From NCBI GenBank assembly GCA_017480425.1, contig JAFVAR010000052.1, forward strand, positions 2,396 to 66,395: a stretch of DNA of 64,000 nucleotides, in the 5' to 3' direction. Made by a program: the position numbers and the translations under genes. The stretch comes from a bacterium. GTDB taxonomy: Bacteria; Cyanobacteriota; Vampirovibrionia; Gastranaerophilales; Gastranaerophilaceae. Shown piece after piece: positions 17,241-26,759 of this stretch (positions are counted from its first letter, which is position 1; the number at the start of each line of letters is the position of its first letter). The notes under the pieces were generated by a model that did not search any database, was not told the DNA's origin, and saw nothing but the letters and a program-made list of their open reading frames with translations.

Positions 17241-18242
17241 ATGTATGTAAACAAGTGCATTAAGTGTGGTGCTGAATTTGAAACTAAGAACCCCAAAAGA
17301 GTGATTTGTCCTAATTGTCTTTATGCGGATAAAGGTGCTGAACCTGCAGAAGAAAAACCAATGCAGAGTTATAGTTCTTATTCCGCAGAACCTCGTCAAC
17401 AAAGAAATTATGACAGACCTCAGCAAGAAGGTTACAGAAGCAATTACAGAGATAATGGCGGATATCAAAGACGTGATGATAACGGGTACCGGAGAGAAGG
17501 CGGTTATAACAGAGACAACCGTCAACAAGGCGGATATCAAAGACGTGACAACAATAATAACCGTGGCGGATATCAGCAAAGACGGCCCGGTGGCTATAGA
17601 AATAACTATGCAAGCGGCGGGGGACGACCTCAACAGGGACAAAGACGCCCTTCTCCCAAAAAACAGCATAAACAACCAAAACCATTATTAGTAAGTAAAG
17701 AGCAATTAGAACAAATTGAATTGCTTTATAAAACTATGCTCCCGCTTCCGAATCCTGATGCACATGAAGTAATCGGAGCAAAAATAGGGGTTGAACCGCA
17801 AAAAGTATTTTTCGGTATAAATTTGGTACGCCAGAAAATGATGTTGCCTAAATTACCTTTTCCAAAGAGAAAACTTGCTATATCACCGGATCAAATGATG
17901 GCAATTAAAGCTCTTTATGAGCCATTGCTGCCACTCCCTCCGATAGGATGTCACAAAATCATTGCGGCACAGTTAAAAATGGATGAATGGAGAGTGCATG
18001 TAGGTATAAAATTGATTCGTGCACAAATGGGCTTAGACAGATGGAATGAAGACAGAGCAGATAAGCCTGCTGACTACATGATTGCAAAGCATCCTAAAAT
18101 TAAAGAAGAAAAAAAAGCTGAAGATAAAGAAGTTAAATCCGAAGAAGTTATACAAGACTCCGTAACGGAACAACCTGTTGAAATTTCAGAAGAAAAGCCA
18201 AAACGTGGAAGAAAACCTAAGAAAAAAGAAGATGAAGAATAA
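17241..18242 (+). CDS. Hypothetical protein: N-terminal zinc ribbon, RGG/GY low-complexity region, two tandem helical repeats
   Basis: CIKC...CPNC; GGYQRRD repeats; duplicated LYxxxLPLP..H..I.A.[IL] units; 3' end overlaps rimM. Confidence 0.75.
   Translation: MYVNKCIKCGAEFETKNPKRVICPNCLYADKGAEPAEEKPMQSYSSYSAEPRQQRNYDRPQQEGYRSNYRDNGGYQRRDDNGYRREGGYNRDNRQQGGYQRRDNNNNRGGYQQRRPGGYRNNYASGGGRPQQGQRRPSPKKQHKQPKPLLVSKEQLEQIELLYKTMLPLPNPDAHEVIGAKIGVEPQKVFFGINLVRQKMMLPKLPFPKRKLAISPDQMMAIKALYEPLLPLPPIGCHKIIAAQLKMDEWRVHVGIKLIRAQMGLDRWNEDRADKPADYMIAKHPKIKEEKKAEDKEVKSEEVIQDSVTEQPVEISEEKPKRGRKPKKKEDEE
17457..17576 (+). repeat. Intragenic direct repeat encoding GGYQRRD
   Basis: GGCGGATATCAAAGACGTGA at 17457-76 and 17529-48; partial third copy at 17565. 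Confidence 0.8.
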
Positions 18243-18744
18243 CTTTGTTTCAATAGGTAAAATTCTTAATTTTCACGGCGTTCAAGGAGAAGCTAAACTT
18301 GGATATTCAAAAAACAGAGAAGAATTTTTATCCAAGTTAAAAGAAGTATATGTACAGCTTGAAAATGAATATAAACTTCTGGAAGTTTCACGGATTAGAT
18401 TTACTCCGAAGTGCGGGATTATAAAGTTTAAAGGAATTGATTCTTTAAATGAAATTATTGAGTATAAAAACAAACTATTGTTTGTAGAAGAAAAAACTGC
18501 TCGGGAATTTTTGGAAGAAGATGAATACCTTATAGACGAACTTGTTGGCTTAGATGTATATGACGGAGAAAAAAGAGTCGGCTCTGTTGTCGGAGTATCA
18601 AATAACGGAGCAAGCGACCTGCTTTCCGTAAAAACTTTAAATAAAAACATTTCTTTAGTTCCATTCGTGAAAGCAATTGTCTTATCAGTTGACATAAAAA
18701 ACAGAAGAATTCAAATTGATAATATAGAAGGTTTATTGCAGTGA
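18232..18744 (+). CDS. rimM: 16S rRNA processing protein RimM
   Basis: IGKILNFHGVQGE, EDEYLIDELVGLDV, GASDLL, LVPFV; upstream of trmD; ATG 18232. Confidence 0.93.
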   Translation: MKNNFVSIGKILNFHGVQGEAKLGYSKNREEFLSKLKEVYVQLENEYKLLEVSRIRFTPKCGIIKFKGIDSLNEIIEYKNKLLFVEEKTAREFLEEDEYLIDELVGLDVYDGEKRVGSVVGVSNNGASDLLSVKTLNKNISLVPFVKAIVLSVDIKNRRIQIDNIEGLLQ

Positions 18745-19439
18745 AATTTGATGTTATAACGTTGTTTCCGGAACTTGTTGAATCTCATATGAACTTCAGC
18801 ATCATGAAACGGGCTACAGAGGAAAAAATTATTGAAGTTAGAGTTCATAACCCCAGAGATTATACGCTGGATAAGCATAAAAAAGTTGATGACACTCCTT
18901 ATGGCGGCGGAGCCGGTATGGTCTTGATGCCACAGCCTTATGTTGACTGTTATGAAAATATTAAAATGCAAAAAAACTCTATTACACTGATGATGACACC
19001 ACAAGGAGAACCTTTTACGGATGAATTATCGGATGAATTTGCCAATTATGATCAGGTGGTTATACTGTGCGGACATTATGAAGGGTTTGATGAAAGAATA
19101 AGAGAAATAATACGACCGAGAGAAATTTCAATAGGAGATTTTGTTTTAACTGGAGGTGAGCTTCCCGCACTTTGTTTAATAGACAGCATATCGAGAAAAA
19201 TTGAAGGTACATTGGGGAAAATTGAATCTGCTCATGATGATAGTTTTTCCGATGGTTTATTGGAATATCCTCAATATACAAAGCCCAGAAACTACAGGGG
19301 ATTGAAAGTGCCGGAGGTTTTGTTGAACGGTAATCACAAATTAATTGAGGAATATAGAACAGAACAAAAAATACAGAGAACAAAATTAAAACGTCCCGAC
19401 TTGTTCAAAAAATGGAAAAATAAAAAGAAAAATATTTAA
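18741..19439 (+). CDS. trmD: tRNA (guanine37-N1)-methyltransferase
   Basis: VITLFPE, VDDTPYGGGAGM, LCGHYEGFDER, SIGDFVLTGGE, LLEYPQYT. Confidence 0.98.
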   Translation: MKFDVITLFPELVESHMNFSIMKRATEEKIIEVRVHNPRDYTLDKHKKVDDTPYGGGAGMVLMPQPYVDCYENIKMQKNSITLMMTPQGEPFTDELSDEFANYDQVVILCGHYEGFDERIREIIRPREISIGDFVLTGGELPALCLIDSISRKIEGTLGKIESAHDDSFSDGLLEYPQYTKPRNYRGLKVPEVLLNGNHKLIEEYRTEQKIQRTKLKRPDLFKKWKNKKKNI

Positions 19440-19527
19440 AATTTAATATTTGTAAAGCTTTAATGTAAATTTTTCCAATTTGTATATTTGTGATAAAATA
19501 AATATATAAAATGCTTTGGAGTAGATA

Positions 19528-21435
19528 GTGAGAAATCTATCAGGTTTATATAAAAATTTAATAATTTCAAGTATGGTGCTAGGGACCCTAATAGCACCGA
19601 AGTTTGTGTGTTTTGCAGAAGATTTTGATGCAGACCTCGGAGAACCGGAATTCGCAGCAGAAGCCGTACAAGATTCCGATACAGCATATATAAATGATAT
19701 AGAAATTCTTGGTTCAAATATTATAAAACCTGAGTATATATTGTCAAAATTAGCACTCAAAAAGGGTGAATTATATGATAAAGAGACAATGCGAAAAGAT
19801 TTAAAGACTATCTACAAGTTAGGATATTTTACGGAAAGAATGAAGGCAATACCGGTAAGAAATTCTAACGGTACTATTTCTTTAAAAATAATAGTTGAAG
19901 AAAATATACCAATAACAGATTTTACAATAGAAGGCAATACTGTTGTTTCAAATGAAGAAATTATGAAATATTTACTCCCGCTAAAAGGTAAACCACAAAA
20001 CATTACTGCAATAAATCAAGCAATGGAGCAAATAAATCAATGCTACTACGCAAAGGGTTATATATTATCAAAAATTGATTCAATATATGATGATCCTGAT
20101 GGAACTCTTAATTTAAGTATTACTGAAGGTAAAATCAACAAAATAATGATTTCCGGAAACGAAAAGACTAAAGATTTTGTTGTTGAACGCAACATTATGA
20201 CAGAACCCGGCAGCGTATATAATGAAAATCAAATGAAACAGGACTTAGTTCGTTTATATTCTACTCAAGCATTTAAAGATGTAAATCGTTCAATAGAACC
20301 ATGCGAAGACGATCCGAATAAGTTCGATATAACAATTGAATTGAAAGAACAGAGAACCGCATCTGTTTCGTTGGGCGGCGGTATTGATTCTGCAACAGGT
20401 GTATACGGTTCGGCAGGTCTTACGGATAACAATTTCAGAGGAAGAAACCAAAGAGTTTCTCTGACGGGTATGGTTGGTTCAGGTATATTAATGAGTGATT
20501 CATCAATAAAGAATAATATGAACTATCAGGCTGAAATTAGTTTCTTTGAACCTCATTTTTTAAATGCTGACAATTCTTTAATGAGCAAATTATATTATAG
20601 AGAACTTGGCAGTTATCAAATTCCTTTGGCAATGGAAAGACGCATAGGAATTGAAAGTACGATTGCTCACAGATTAAAAAACAACAGAAATATGTCTTCT
20701 ACATTTACTATTGGCGGAGAATACATCAATCTTGATGAAGGAGATAAATCAAAAATTGCAGGCATGTATAGTCGTAACGGATTGAGTATGGCTGACAGAG
20801 CAAAGCAACTTGAAGGCGGTTTCTTCTTAAAAATGGCTCCCGGCTTAGCATATGACTCCAGAGATTCTGTTGTTAATCCAAGACATGGTGTATTAGCATC
20901 TGTAAGATATGAAGAAGCTTTCGGACTTGATAGTTTTGGAAAAACGAACGGCAGATTAACAGGTATGGCAAAAAGATATATTCCTGTAGGTAAAAAATCG
21001 TCTTTGACATTCACGGGACGCGGCGGATTGAAAGTTCACGGAGACAACATGCCTGAGATAATGGCATTTAGATTAGGCGGTCCTTACACAATCAGAGGAT
21101 ATAAGGTTAACGGCGTAGGTACAGGTACATCTTTCATAATGGGTTCTGCAGAATTAGCGACACCAATACCGTTTGTTGACAAATTAAAAGTAGGTTTCCT
21201 ACAAAATCTGAGATTAACATTCTGGGTTGATGCAGGTACAGTATTTAATCCAACAATCTCAAGTACTCTATATGACAGACCTGTACACGCAATTACTGCC
21301 GGTGTCGGGTTAAAGATAAATATGCCCGGAGTTGGGCCGTTGTCACTTGATTATGGTATTCCGCTCACAAATCCGGGTGCATATGGCTCAAAGAACGGAT
21401 ACTTTACATTCGGCGTAGGCGATATGATGTATTAA
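19528..21435 (+). CDS. bamA: BamA/Omp85 outer-membrane protein assembly factor
   Basis: Signal peptide, three POTRA-like domains (cyanobacterial number), LGGPYTIRGY motif, C-terminal barrel ending FTFGVG. Confidence 0.9.
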   Translation: MRNLSGLYKNLIISSMVLGTLIAPKFVCFAEDFDADLGEPEFAAEAVQDSDTAYINDIEILGSNIIKPEYILSKLALKKGELYDKETMRKDLKTIYKLGYFTERMKAIPVRNSNGTISLKIIVEENIPITDFTIEGNTVVSNEEIMKYLLPLKGKPQNITAINQAMEQINQCYYAKGYILSKIDSIYDDPDGTLNLSITEGKINKIMISGNEKTKDFVVERNIMTEPGSVYNENQMKQDLVRLYSTQAFKDVNRSIEPCEDDPNKFDITIELKEQRTASVSLGGGIDSATGVYGSAGLTDNNFRGRNQRVSLTGMVGSGILMSDSSIKNNMNYQAEISFFEPHFLNADNSLMSKLYYRELGSYQIPLAMERRIGIESTIAHRLKNNRNMSSTFTIGGEYINLDEGDKSKIAGMYSRNGLSMADRAKQLEGGFFLKMAPGLAYDSRDSVVNPRHGVLASVRYEEAFGLDSFGKTNGRLTGMAKRYIPVGKKSSLTFTGRGGLKVHGDNMPEIMAFRLGGPYTIRGYKVNGVGTGTSFIMGSAELATPIPFVDKLKVGFLQNLRLTFWVDAGTVFNPTISSTLYDRPVHAITAGVGLKINMPGVGPLSLDYGIPLTNPGAYGSKNGYFTFGVGDMMY

Positions 21436-21475
21436 AAATAGTGTATAATATTTATACAGATATAGGAGGATTATC

Positions 21476-21922
21476 ATGAAAAATCTAAAATTGGGTTTGG
21501 TAGCACTTGCAATAGTTGCATTTACAGGTGCAGTAAATGCTGGCGGAGTCGGATACATAGATTACGCAAAAGTTATTGATAACTATGATTATGCAAAACA
21601 AGTAACTAAAGAAATTGATGCAAAAGGACTTGAGATGCAGCAATATCTTGTCGATAAAGAAAAAGAGTATAAATCACTTGATACTCCGCTAAAAAAACAA
21701 ACATTTGAGGAAAGAATTTCTCAAGAGTTCAAAGCAAAAGAATCAGCGTACATGACATTAAGAGACAGAAGAGAGCAAGAAGTTTATAATAAAATTAAAG
21801 AAGCTGCAAAGGCAGTTATGGTTGAACAAAAGCTTGATGCTGTTATGGATGTAAGAGGTGTATTTGTTGGCGGCATTGATATTACAAGTAATGTTATCAA
21901 CAAACTTAAAGGCGCTTATTAA
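21476..21922 (+). CDS. OmpH/Skp periplasmic chaperone
   Basis: Signal peptide, VGYIDY, coiled coil, GGIDITSNVI; follows bamA. Confidence 0.85.
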   Translation: MKNLKLGLVALAIVAFTGAVNAGGVGYIDYAKVIDNYDYAKQVTKEIDAKGLEMQQYLVDKEKEYKSLDTPLKKQTFEERISQEFKAKESAYMTLRDRREQEVYNKIKEAAKAVMVEQKLDAVMDVRGVFVGGIDITSNVINKLKGAY

Positions 21923-21924
21923 TA

Positions 21925-23250
21925 ATGGATTTAGTTGACCTTATCGAAAAGAAGAAGCAAGGTTATTCCCATTCAAAAGAAGAAATCAAATATATAGTCG
22001 ATTCAATGATGGATGGTACTGCTCTTGATGCACAGTTAGCATCATGGTTAATGGCAGTGTGTTTTAAAGGACTGAATGAACTTGAGACCTCTGATTTAAC
22101 TAAAATACTTGCAGATTCAGGTGATAAGGTCAATTTTTCCGAATTAAATGAAGTAGTAGTAGATAAACATTCAACAGGCGGCGTTGGAGACAAAGTTACA
22201 ATTACATTGATACCTCTTCTTGCAGCTGCAGGAATTTCTGTTGCAAAACTTGCAGATAGAGGAGGTCGTTCTGCTGCCGGAACAATAGACAAGATAGAGG
22301 CAATCCCAAATTTTAATACTGATTTATCAGCTATAGCAATTGTAAATCAAGTTAAAAATATCAAAGCAGTTATAGCCTCTCAAGATAAAAAATTAGCACC
22401 TGCTGATAGGAAATTATATAGTTTAAGAGGACAGACTGCAACAACAGATAATGACTCACTAATTGCATCTTCAATATTATCAAAGAAAAATGCCTGTGGT
22501 GGTTCTAATATAGTATTAGATATCAAATACGGAGCAGGAGCCCTGATGAAGACTGCAGAAGAGGCTGTACACCTTTCAAATTTAATGGTAAAAATCGGTA
22601 ATAATATCAATAAAAAAATTACGGCAGTTGTCACTTCACTGGAAGAACCGCTGGGACGAGCAGTCGGAAATTCATTAGAAGTAATAGAAGCTATCGAGTT
22701 TTTAAAAGGGAATCTAAAAGATGGAGAACTGGCGTATTTAACTTATTATTTTGGTGCGATTACATTAATTCAGCTTGGTTTATACAATACCGTAGATGAT
22801 GCCGTTGATTATCTAAAAACATTGGTAGATAACGGAAGTGCCATTAAAAAATTTAAAGAAATAATTGATGCTCAAAACGGTGACTCATCAGTAATTGTTA
22901 ATTATGATAAATTTGAATTACCATGCTATAAAGTAGAGTTTAAATCAAAGAAAAACGGTTATGTACAAAATATTAATGCACATGAAATTGCAATGGCTGC
23001 AAAAGAACTGGGTGCTACAAGAAGTGATAAATCAGGTTTAATTGACCACTCAGTCGGCATCTATTTGAATAAAAAAAGCGGAGAATTTGTTAATAAAGAA
23101 GAAACTCTATATACAATATATTCAAATGATGAAGATAAAACAAGAATAGCACAAACGCACTGCGACAATGCTTTTGTAATAGGGGATGCAAAACCGTCAA
23201 TAAATAATTTAGTATACAAAGTTATTGGAATCGAGGAAGAAGATGTTTAA
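21925..23250 (+). CDS. pdp: Pyrimidine-nucleoside/thymidine phosphorylase family protein (divergent phosphate loop)
   Basis: VDKHSTGGVGDK, APADRKLYSLR, IASSILSKK, PLGRAVGNSLEV. Confidence 0.85.
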   Translation: MDLVDLIEKKKQGYSHSKEEIKYIVDSMMDGTALDAQLASWLMAVCFKGLNELETSDLTKILADSGDKVNFSELNEVVVDKHSTGGVGDKVTITLIPLLAAAGISVAKLADRGGRSAAGTIDKIEAIPNFNTDLSAIAIVNQVKNIKAVIASQDKKLAPADRKLYSLRGQTATTDNDSLIASSILSKKNACGGSNIVLDIKYGAGALMKTAEEAVHLSNLMVKIGNNINKKITAVVTSLEEPLGRAVGNSLEVIEAIEFLKGNLKDGELAYLTYYFGAITLIQLGLYNTVDDAVDYLKTLVDNGSAIKKFKEIIDAQNGDSSVIVNYDKFELPCYKVEFKSKKNGYVQNINAHEIAMAAKELGATRSDKSGLIDHSVGIYLNKKSGEFVNKEETLYTIYSNDEDKTRIAQTHCDNAFVIGDAKPSINNLVYKVIGIEEEDV

Positions 23251-24709
23251 CAAGAAAGTTCAGTATGTAATCAAATCAGTACCAACAGATGATAAACAGG
23301 CTCTTGAGAATTTATTAAATGAAATGTCAGATGCCGGGTGGGATTTATATACAATGCATGAAGTTGAAACAGCTTCTTCATACGATTTTAACTGTATTTT
23401 TATGAGAGAAAAACAAGAAGAAGATAAGACTGATTTAGATGATATCGTTAACATTACAAGTTTCAAATACAGAATGGAAAAAATGCTTGCTGCTCCTTCA
23501 AGTCCTTATGCTTCTTGTAAAGAAATACAGTTAAAAATTTCCAACCAAAAAGAAAGAATTAAAAAAATTAAGTCACAGTTAGAAAGTGATAGTCTTTCAC
23601 CTGATAAGAAAAATCAGCTTAACAATCAAATGTCCGATGAATTAAAACAATTAGAAGATTTAAAACAATCTTTAGTTAATGAAATTTCTCCGGATACAAT
23701 GTACTCTTCTATAAAAGAAGAAAAATTCGTTGTAAATTTATCAGAAGAAATATTAGAAGTTATATCAATGGAGTATACCGATAATTTGTTATCTGAAACT
23801 GTTAAGATAAGACAAAATTTAGCTGATAAATTGGGGTATGTAATTCCTCATATACATTTTCACAACAGTGATGAGTTAAATCAAAATGAATTCAGTATTA
23901 AAATTCATGACATAGAAGTATTTAGAACGGTAGTATTTCCTGAATACGTTGCATACTATAAAGATGAATTGAAAGGGTATAAGACAACTTCGGAAGATAT
24001 TACGTTGACTGATGAAATAACAGGAAAGAAACTTCTGTGGATTCCTCAAAAACAGGTAAAAGATTTTTGGGTGCACGGAATGACAGCATCCGAGTACATT
24101 GGTAAAGCGATTGAATATATTGCGGTACAGGAAGTATCTGATATTATGGACTATAATGACGTTAATAAGTACGTGGAAAAAGTAATAGAGAATAATTCAT
24201 TTTTAGTTGATAATATTATTCCTGATTTTTTAACTGCTTCAGATTTAAAATATTTACTAACTTGCCTGATTAGAGAAGGTGTTTCGGTAAAAAATATTGT
24301 TTATATTTTTGAAAAAATAAACGATTATGCAAACGAACCTACAAAGGAAGATTTATTAGACAAAGTAAGACTTGCCCTGTCAAAGCACATTGTGAGAGAT
24401 TTGGCACAGCAAGGCGAAGTAAAGGTTATTGAGTTTTCTGATGAAATATTGGATAAAATATATTCATTTTTCAAAGAAGATGAGGATGCCCCCGTTGTTA
24501 GAATTGACGCAAATGAGATAGAAGAAATTGCAGACAAATTAGTTAAATTTGCACGAGCAAAAAAAATTACCTCACCAATTGTCGTTGTTCCTATGGATAT
24601 TAGACATATGGTATTTGTAGTGCTGTCTGAATTTGTTCAAAATCTTACAGTTCTTGCTCATGAAGAACTTGCGAGCGACTATAACATAAAATTTATTGGT
24701 AAAGTATAA
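23243..24709 (+). CDS. Soluble FHIPEP (FlhA/SctV) C-terminal-domain protein with N-terminal DUF4177-like and coiled-coil regions
   Basis: IRQNLADKLGYVIPHIHF, L.QNEFSIKI, LLTCLIREGVSVKNI, LDKVRLAL, VVVPMDIR, LTVLAHEEL match the FlhA cytoplasmic domain; no TM segments. Confidence 0.8.
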   Translation: MFNKKVQYVIKSVPTDDKQALENLLNEMSDAGWDLYTMHEVETASSYDFNCIFMREKQEEDKTDLDDIVNITSFKYRMEKMLAAPSSPYASCKEIQLKISNQKERIKKIKSQLESDSLSPDKKNQLNNQMSDELKQLEDLKQSLVNEISPDTMYSSIKEEKFVVNLSEEILEVISMEYTDNLLSETVKIRQNLADKLGYVIPHIHFHNSDELNQNEFSIKIHDIEVFRTVVFPEYVAYYKDELKGYKTTSEDITLTDEITGKKLLWIPQKQVKDFWVHGMTASEYIGKAIEYIAVQEVSDIMDYNDVNKYVEKVIENNSFLVDNIIPDFLTASDLKYLLTCLIREGVSVKNIVYIFEKINDYANEPTKEDLLDKVRLALSKHIVRDLAQQGEVKVIEFSDEILDKIYSFFKEDEDAPVVRIDANEIEEIADKLVKFARAKKITSPIVVVPMDIRHMVFVVLSEFVQNLTVLAHEELASDYNIKFIGKV

Positions 24710-24802
24710 TAGAGTATTTTTCATTAAAAAAATATTAATTTAATTAATTGAGGCGCAAAATATGCTATACTCTATAGTGAGAGGTTAATTAATGGAGGTT
24801 TT

Positions 24803-25528
24803 ATGGCGAATCCGATTTTAAATAATAATTTTACTGAACAAGAACGAGTTTATGATTCAATGCCGATGACAGTCAACGGAACAATTCAGATTACTGCATT
24901 TTTAGGTATGTTACTGGTCCTTGCAGCAGCATTTGTTTGGTCAAGGTACTCACTCGGATACATTGATTTAGCTTCTATGCTTATGGGCGCAGGTGTGATT
25001 GTAGGATTTATTTTAGCATTAATTATAACCTTTACTAAAAATAAGTATCTCATTCCTGTTTATGCCGTGTGTGAAGGTATGGCACTCGGAGGAATTTCCG
25101 CTATTTTTGAAGCTTCATACCCTGGTATTGTTTCTCAAGCTGTAGCAGGTACATTTGCTGCACTATTTTCAATGCTGATTTTATACAGAACAAATGTAAT
25201 AAGGTGTACTGATAAATTTAGAAGTGTAATTTTTATTGCAACGGTTTCAATTGCCGTAGTTTATGTAGTAAATCTAATCGGAAGTTTTTTTGGATTGCAT
25301 GTTCCTTTGTTAAATTCATCATCGAATGCCGGGCTTGCAGTTAGCGCAGTAATATGTGTAATTGCAGCATTAAATTTGATTGTGGATTTTGATTTTATTG
25401 AAAGAGCATCTCAAAATATGTTACCTAAGGATATGGAATGGTATGGTGCTTTTGGATTAATGGTAACTTTAGTTTGGTTGTATCTGGAAATTCTAAGACT
25501 GTTAGCTAAATTTAATAACAGGAGATAA
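24803..25528 (+). CDS. Bax inhibitor-1/YccA family membrane protein
   Basis: 7 TM, MTVNGT, ALNLIVDFDFIE, EWYGAFGLMVTLVWLYLEILRLL. Confidence 0.92.
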   Translation: MANPILNNNFTEQERVYDSMPMTVNGTIQITAFLGMLLVLAAAFVWSRYSLGYIDLASMLMGAGVIVGFILALIITFTKNKYLIPVYAVCEGMALGGISAIFEASYPGIVSQAVAGTFAALFSMLILYRTNVIRCTDKFRSVIFIATVSIAVVYVVNLIGSFFGLHVPLLNSSSNAGLAVSAVICVIAALNLIVDFDFIERASQNMLPKDMEWYGAFGLMVTLVWLYLEILRLLAKFNNRR

Positions 25529-25532
25529 TTAA

Positions 25533-26759
25533 GTGAAACATTTATTTATATCTTTTGTTTTTGGTTTTATATCAGCAGCTCTAATATGCTACATAATTTT
25601 TTCTAATAAAGACAGAAAGCTCACGGAGGAGTTAATAAAAGCACGTGCAAAAATAGAATCTTCAGAAAAATTGCAAGAATTAATCAAGCGTGATTTTGTT
25701 CAGCTGGCAAATGAAACAATAAAAAATGAGCAGGAAGACTTGAGAAAGCAAAACAGGGAAACGCTTGAAGAAAAAATTCTTCCGCTAACAAAAGAATTGG
25801 GTGAATTTAAGGCAAAAGTCGAAAAATTTAATTTAGCAGGAGTTGAAAACACAACAAAAATTGTAGAACAAATATCGAACTTAGAAAAAAATAACAAGGT
25901 AATAGAGCAAGAGGCACGTAATTTAGTAGAAGCACTTACTAAAAATCAAAATACGAAAGGTTCATACGGTGAAAATCTTCTTGATACAATATTGCAATAT
26001 TGCGGAATGCAAGAAGGTATTCATTATACAAAGCAATTTGTTACAACTTCATCAAATCTTAAAGATAATGAAGAGCATATTGTTCGTCCTGATGTAGTTA
26101 TAAATCTTCCTAATGACAGACATTTGATTATTGATTCAAAGGTCACATTAACAAGTTATTTGGATTATATAGATAATCCTGAAACGCTAAAAGAGTTTAA
26201 AACGGAAGTAAAACGCAGAATAACAGACTTAGCAAATAAAAATTACCAAAATGCCGGTGATTTATCTCAGCCGGATTTTGTATTAATGTACATGCCTATT
26301 GAAACATCTTTAACACTTTTGTATGAAGATTCTGATTTAATAAATTCTGCATATAAATCAAACATAATTATAGTTGGTACAGCCTCTCTATTGGCTACTA
26401 TAAGGCTTGTTAACCAACTATTTGCACAACAAAAACAAAATGAAAATGTAAACAGAATTGTTAGCGCCGGAACTAATTTATATGAAACGTTTGTACAGTT
26501 TTGTGATGATTTGTTGGACGTACAAAAACGTTTTGAAGGCGTATCTTCTCAATTAAATAAAACAGTTAACAGATTTAGGAGAGGGAATAAGAATAAACCG
26601 AGTCTATATTCCCAAGTTGAAGCATTGAAAGAATTAGGTATAAATTCTAACAAGCAAATTCCAGAAAAGCTGTTAGAAGAATTACCGGATGACGATTTCA
26701 ACGAAAAAGCTAATGAGGCAAACACGAATAATTTGGAAGGAATTTTGGTAAATGACTAA
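25533..26759 (+). CDS. rmuC: DNA recombination protein RmuC
   Basis: N-terminal TM, coiled coil, KGSYGE, RPDVVINLP, IIDSKV, DFVLMYMP. Confidence 0.92.
   Translation: MKHLFISFVFGFISAALICYIIFSNKDRKLTEELIKARAKIESSEKLQELIKRDFVQLANETIKNEQEDLRKQNRETLEEKILPLTKELGEFKAKVEKFNLAGVENTTKIVEQISNLEKNNKVIEQEARNLVEALTKNQNTKGSYGENLLDTILQYCGMQEGIHYTKQFVTTSSNLKDNEEHIVRPDVVINLPNDRHLIIDSKVTLTSYLDYIDNPETLKEFKTEVKRRITDLANKNYQNAGDLSQPDFVLMYMPIETSLTLLYEDSDLINSAYKSNIIIVGTASLLATIRLVNQLFAQQKQNENVNRIVSAGTNLYETFVQFCDDLLDVQKRFEGVSSQLNKTVNRFRRGNKNKPSLYSQVEALKELGINSNKQIPEKLLEELPDDDFNEKANEANTNNLEGILVND

Noticed and set aside
17457-17576. 20-bp direct repeats resembling a mini CRISPR
   Set aside because: In-frame coding repeats (GGYQRRD), only two full copies, no cas genes.
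17202-17691. Three overlapping alternative ORFs (122-157 aa)
   Set aside because: Shadows of the stop-poor low-complexity region of the 17241 gene; no SD or motifs.
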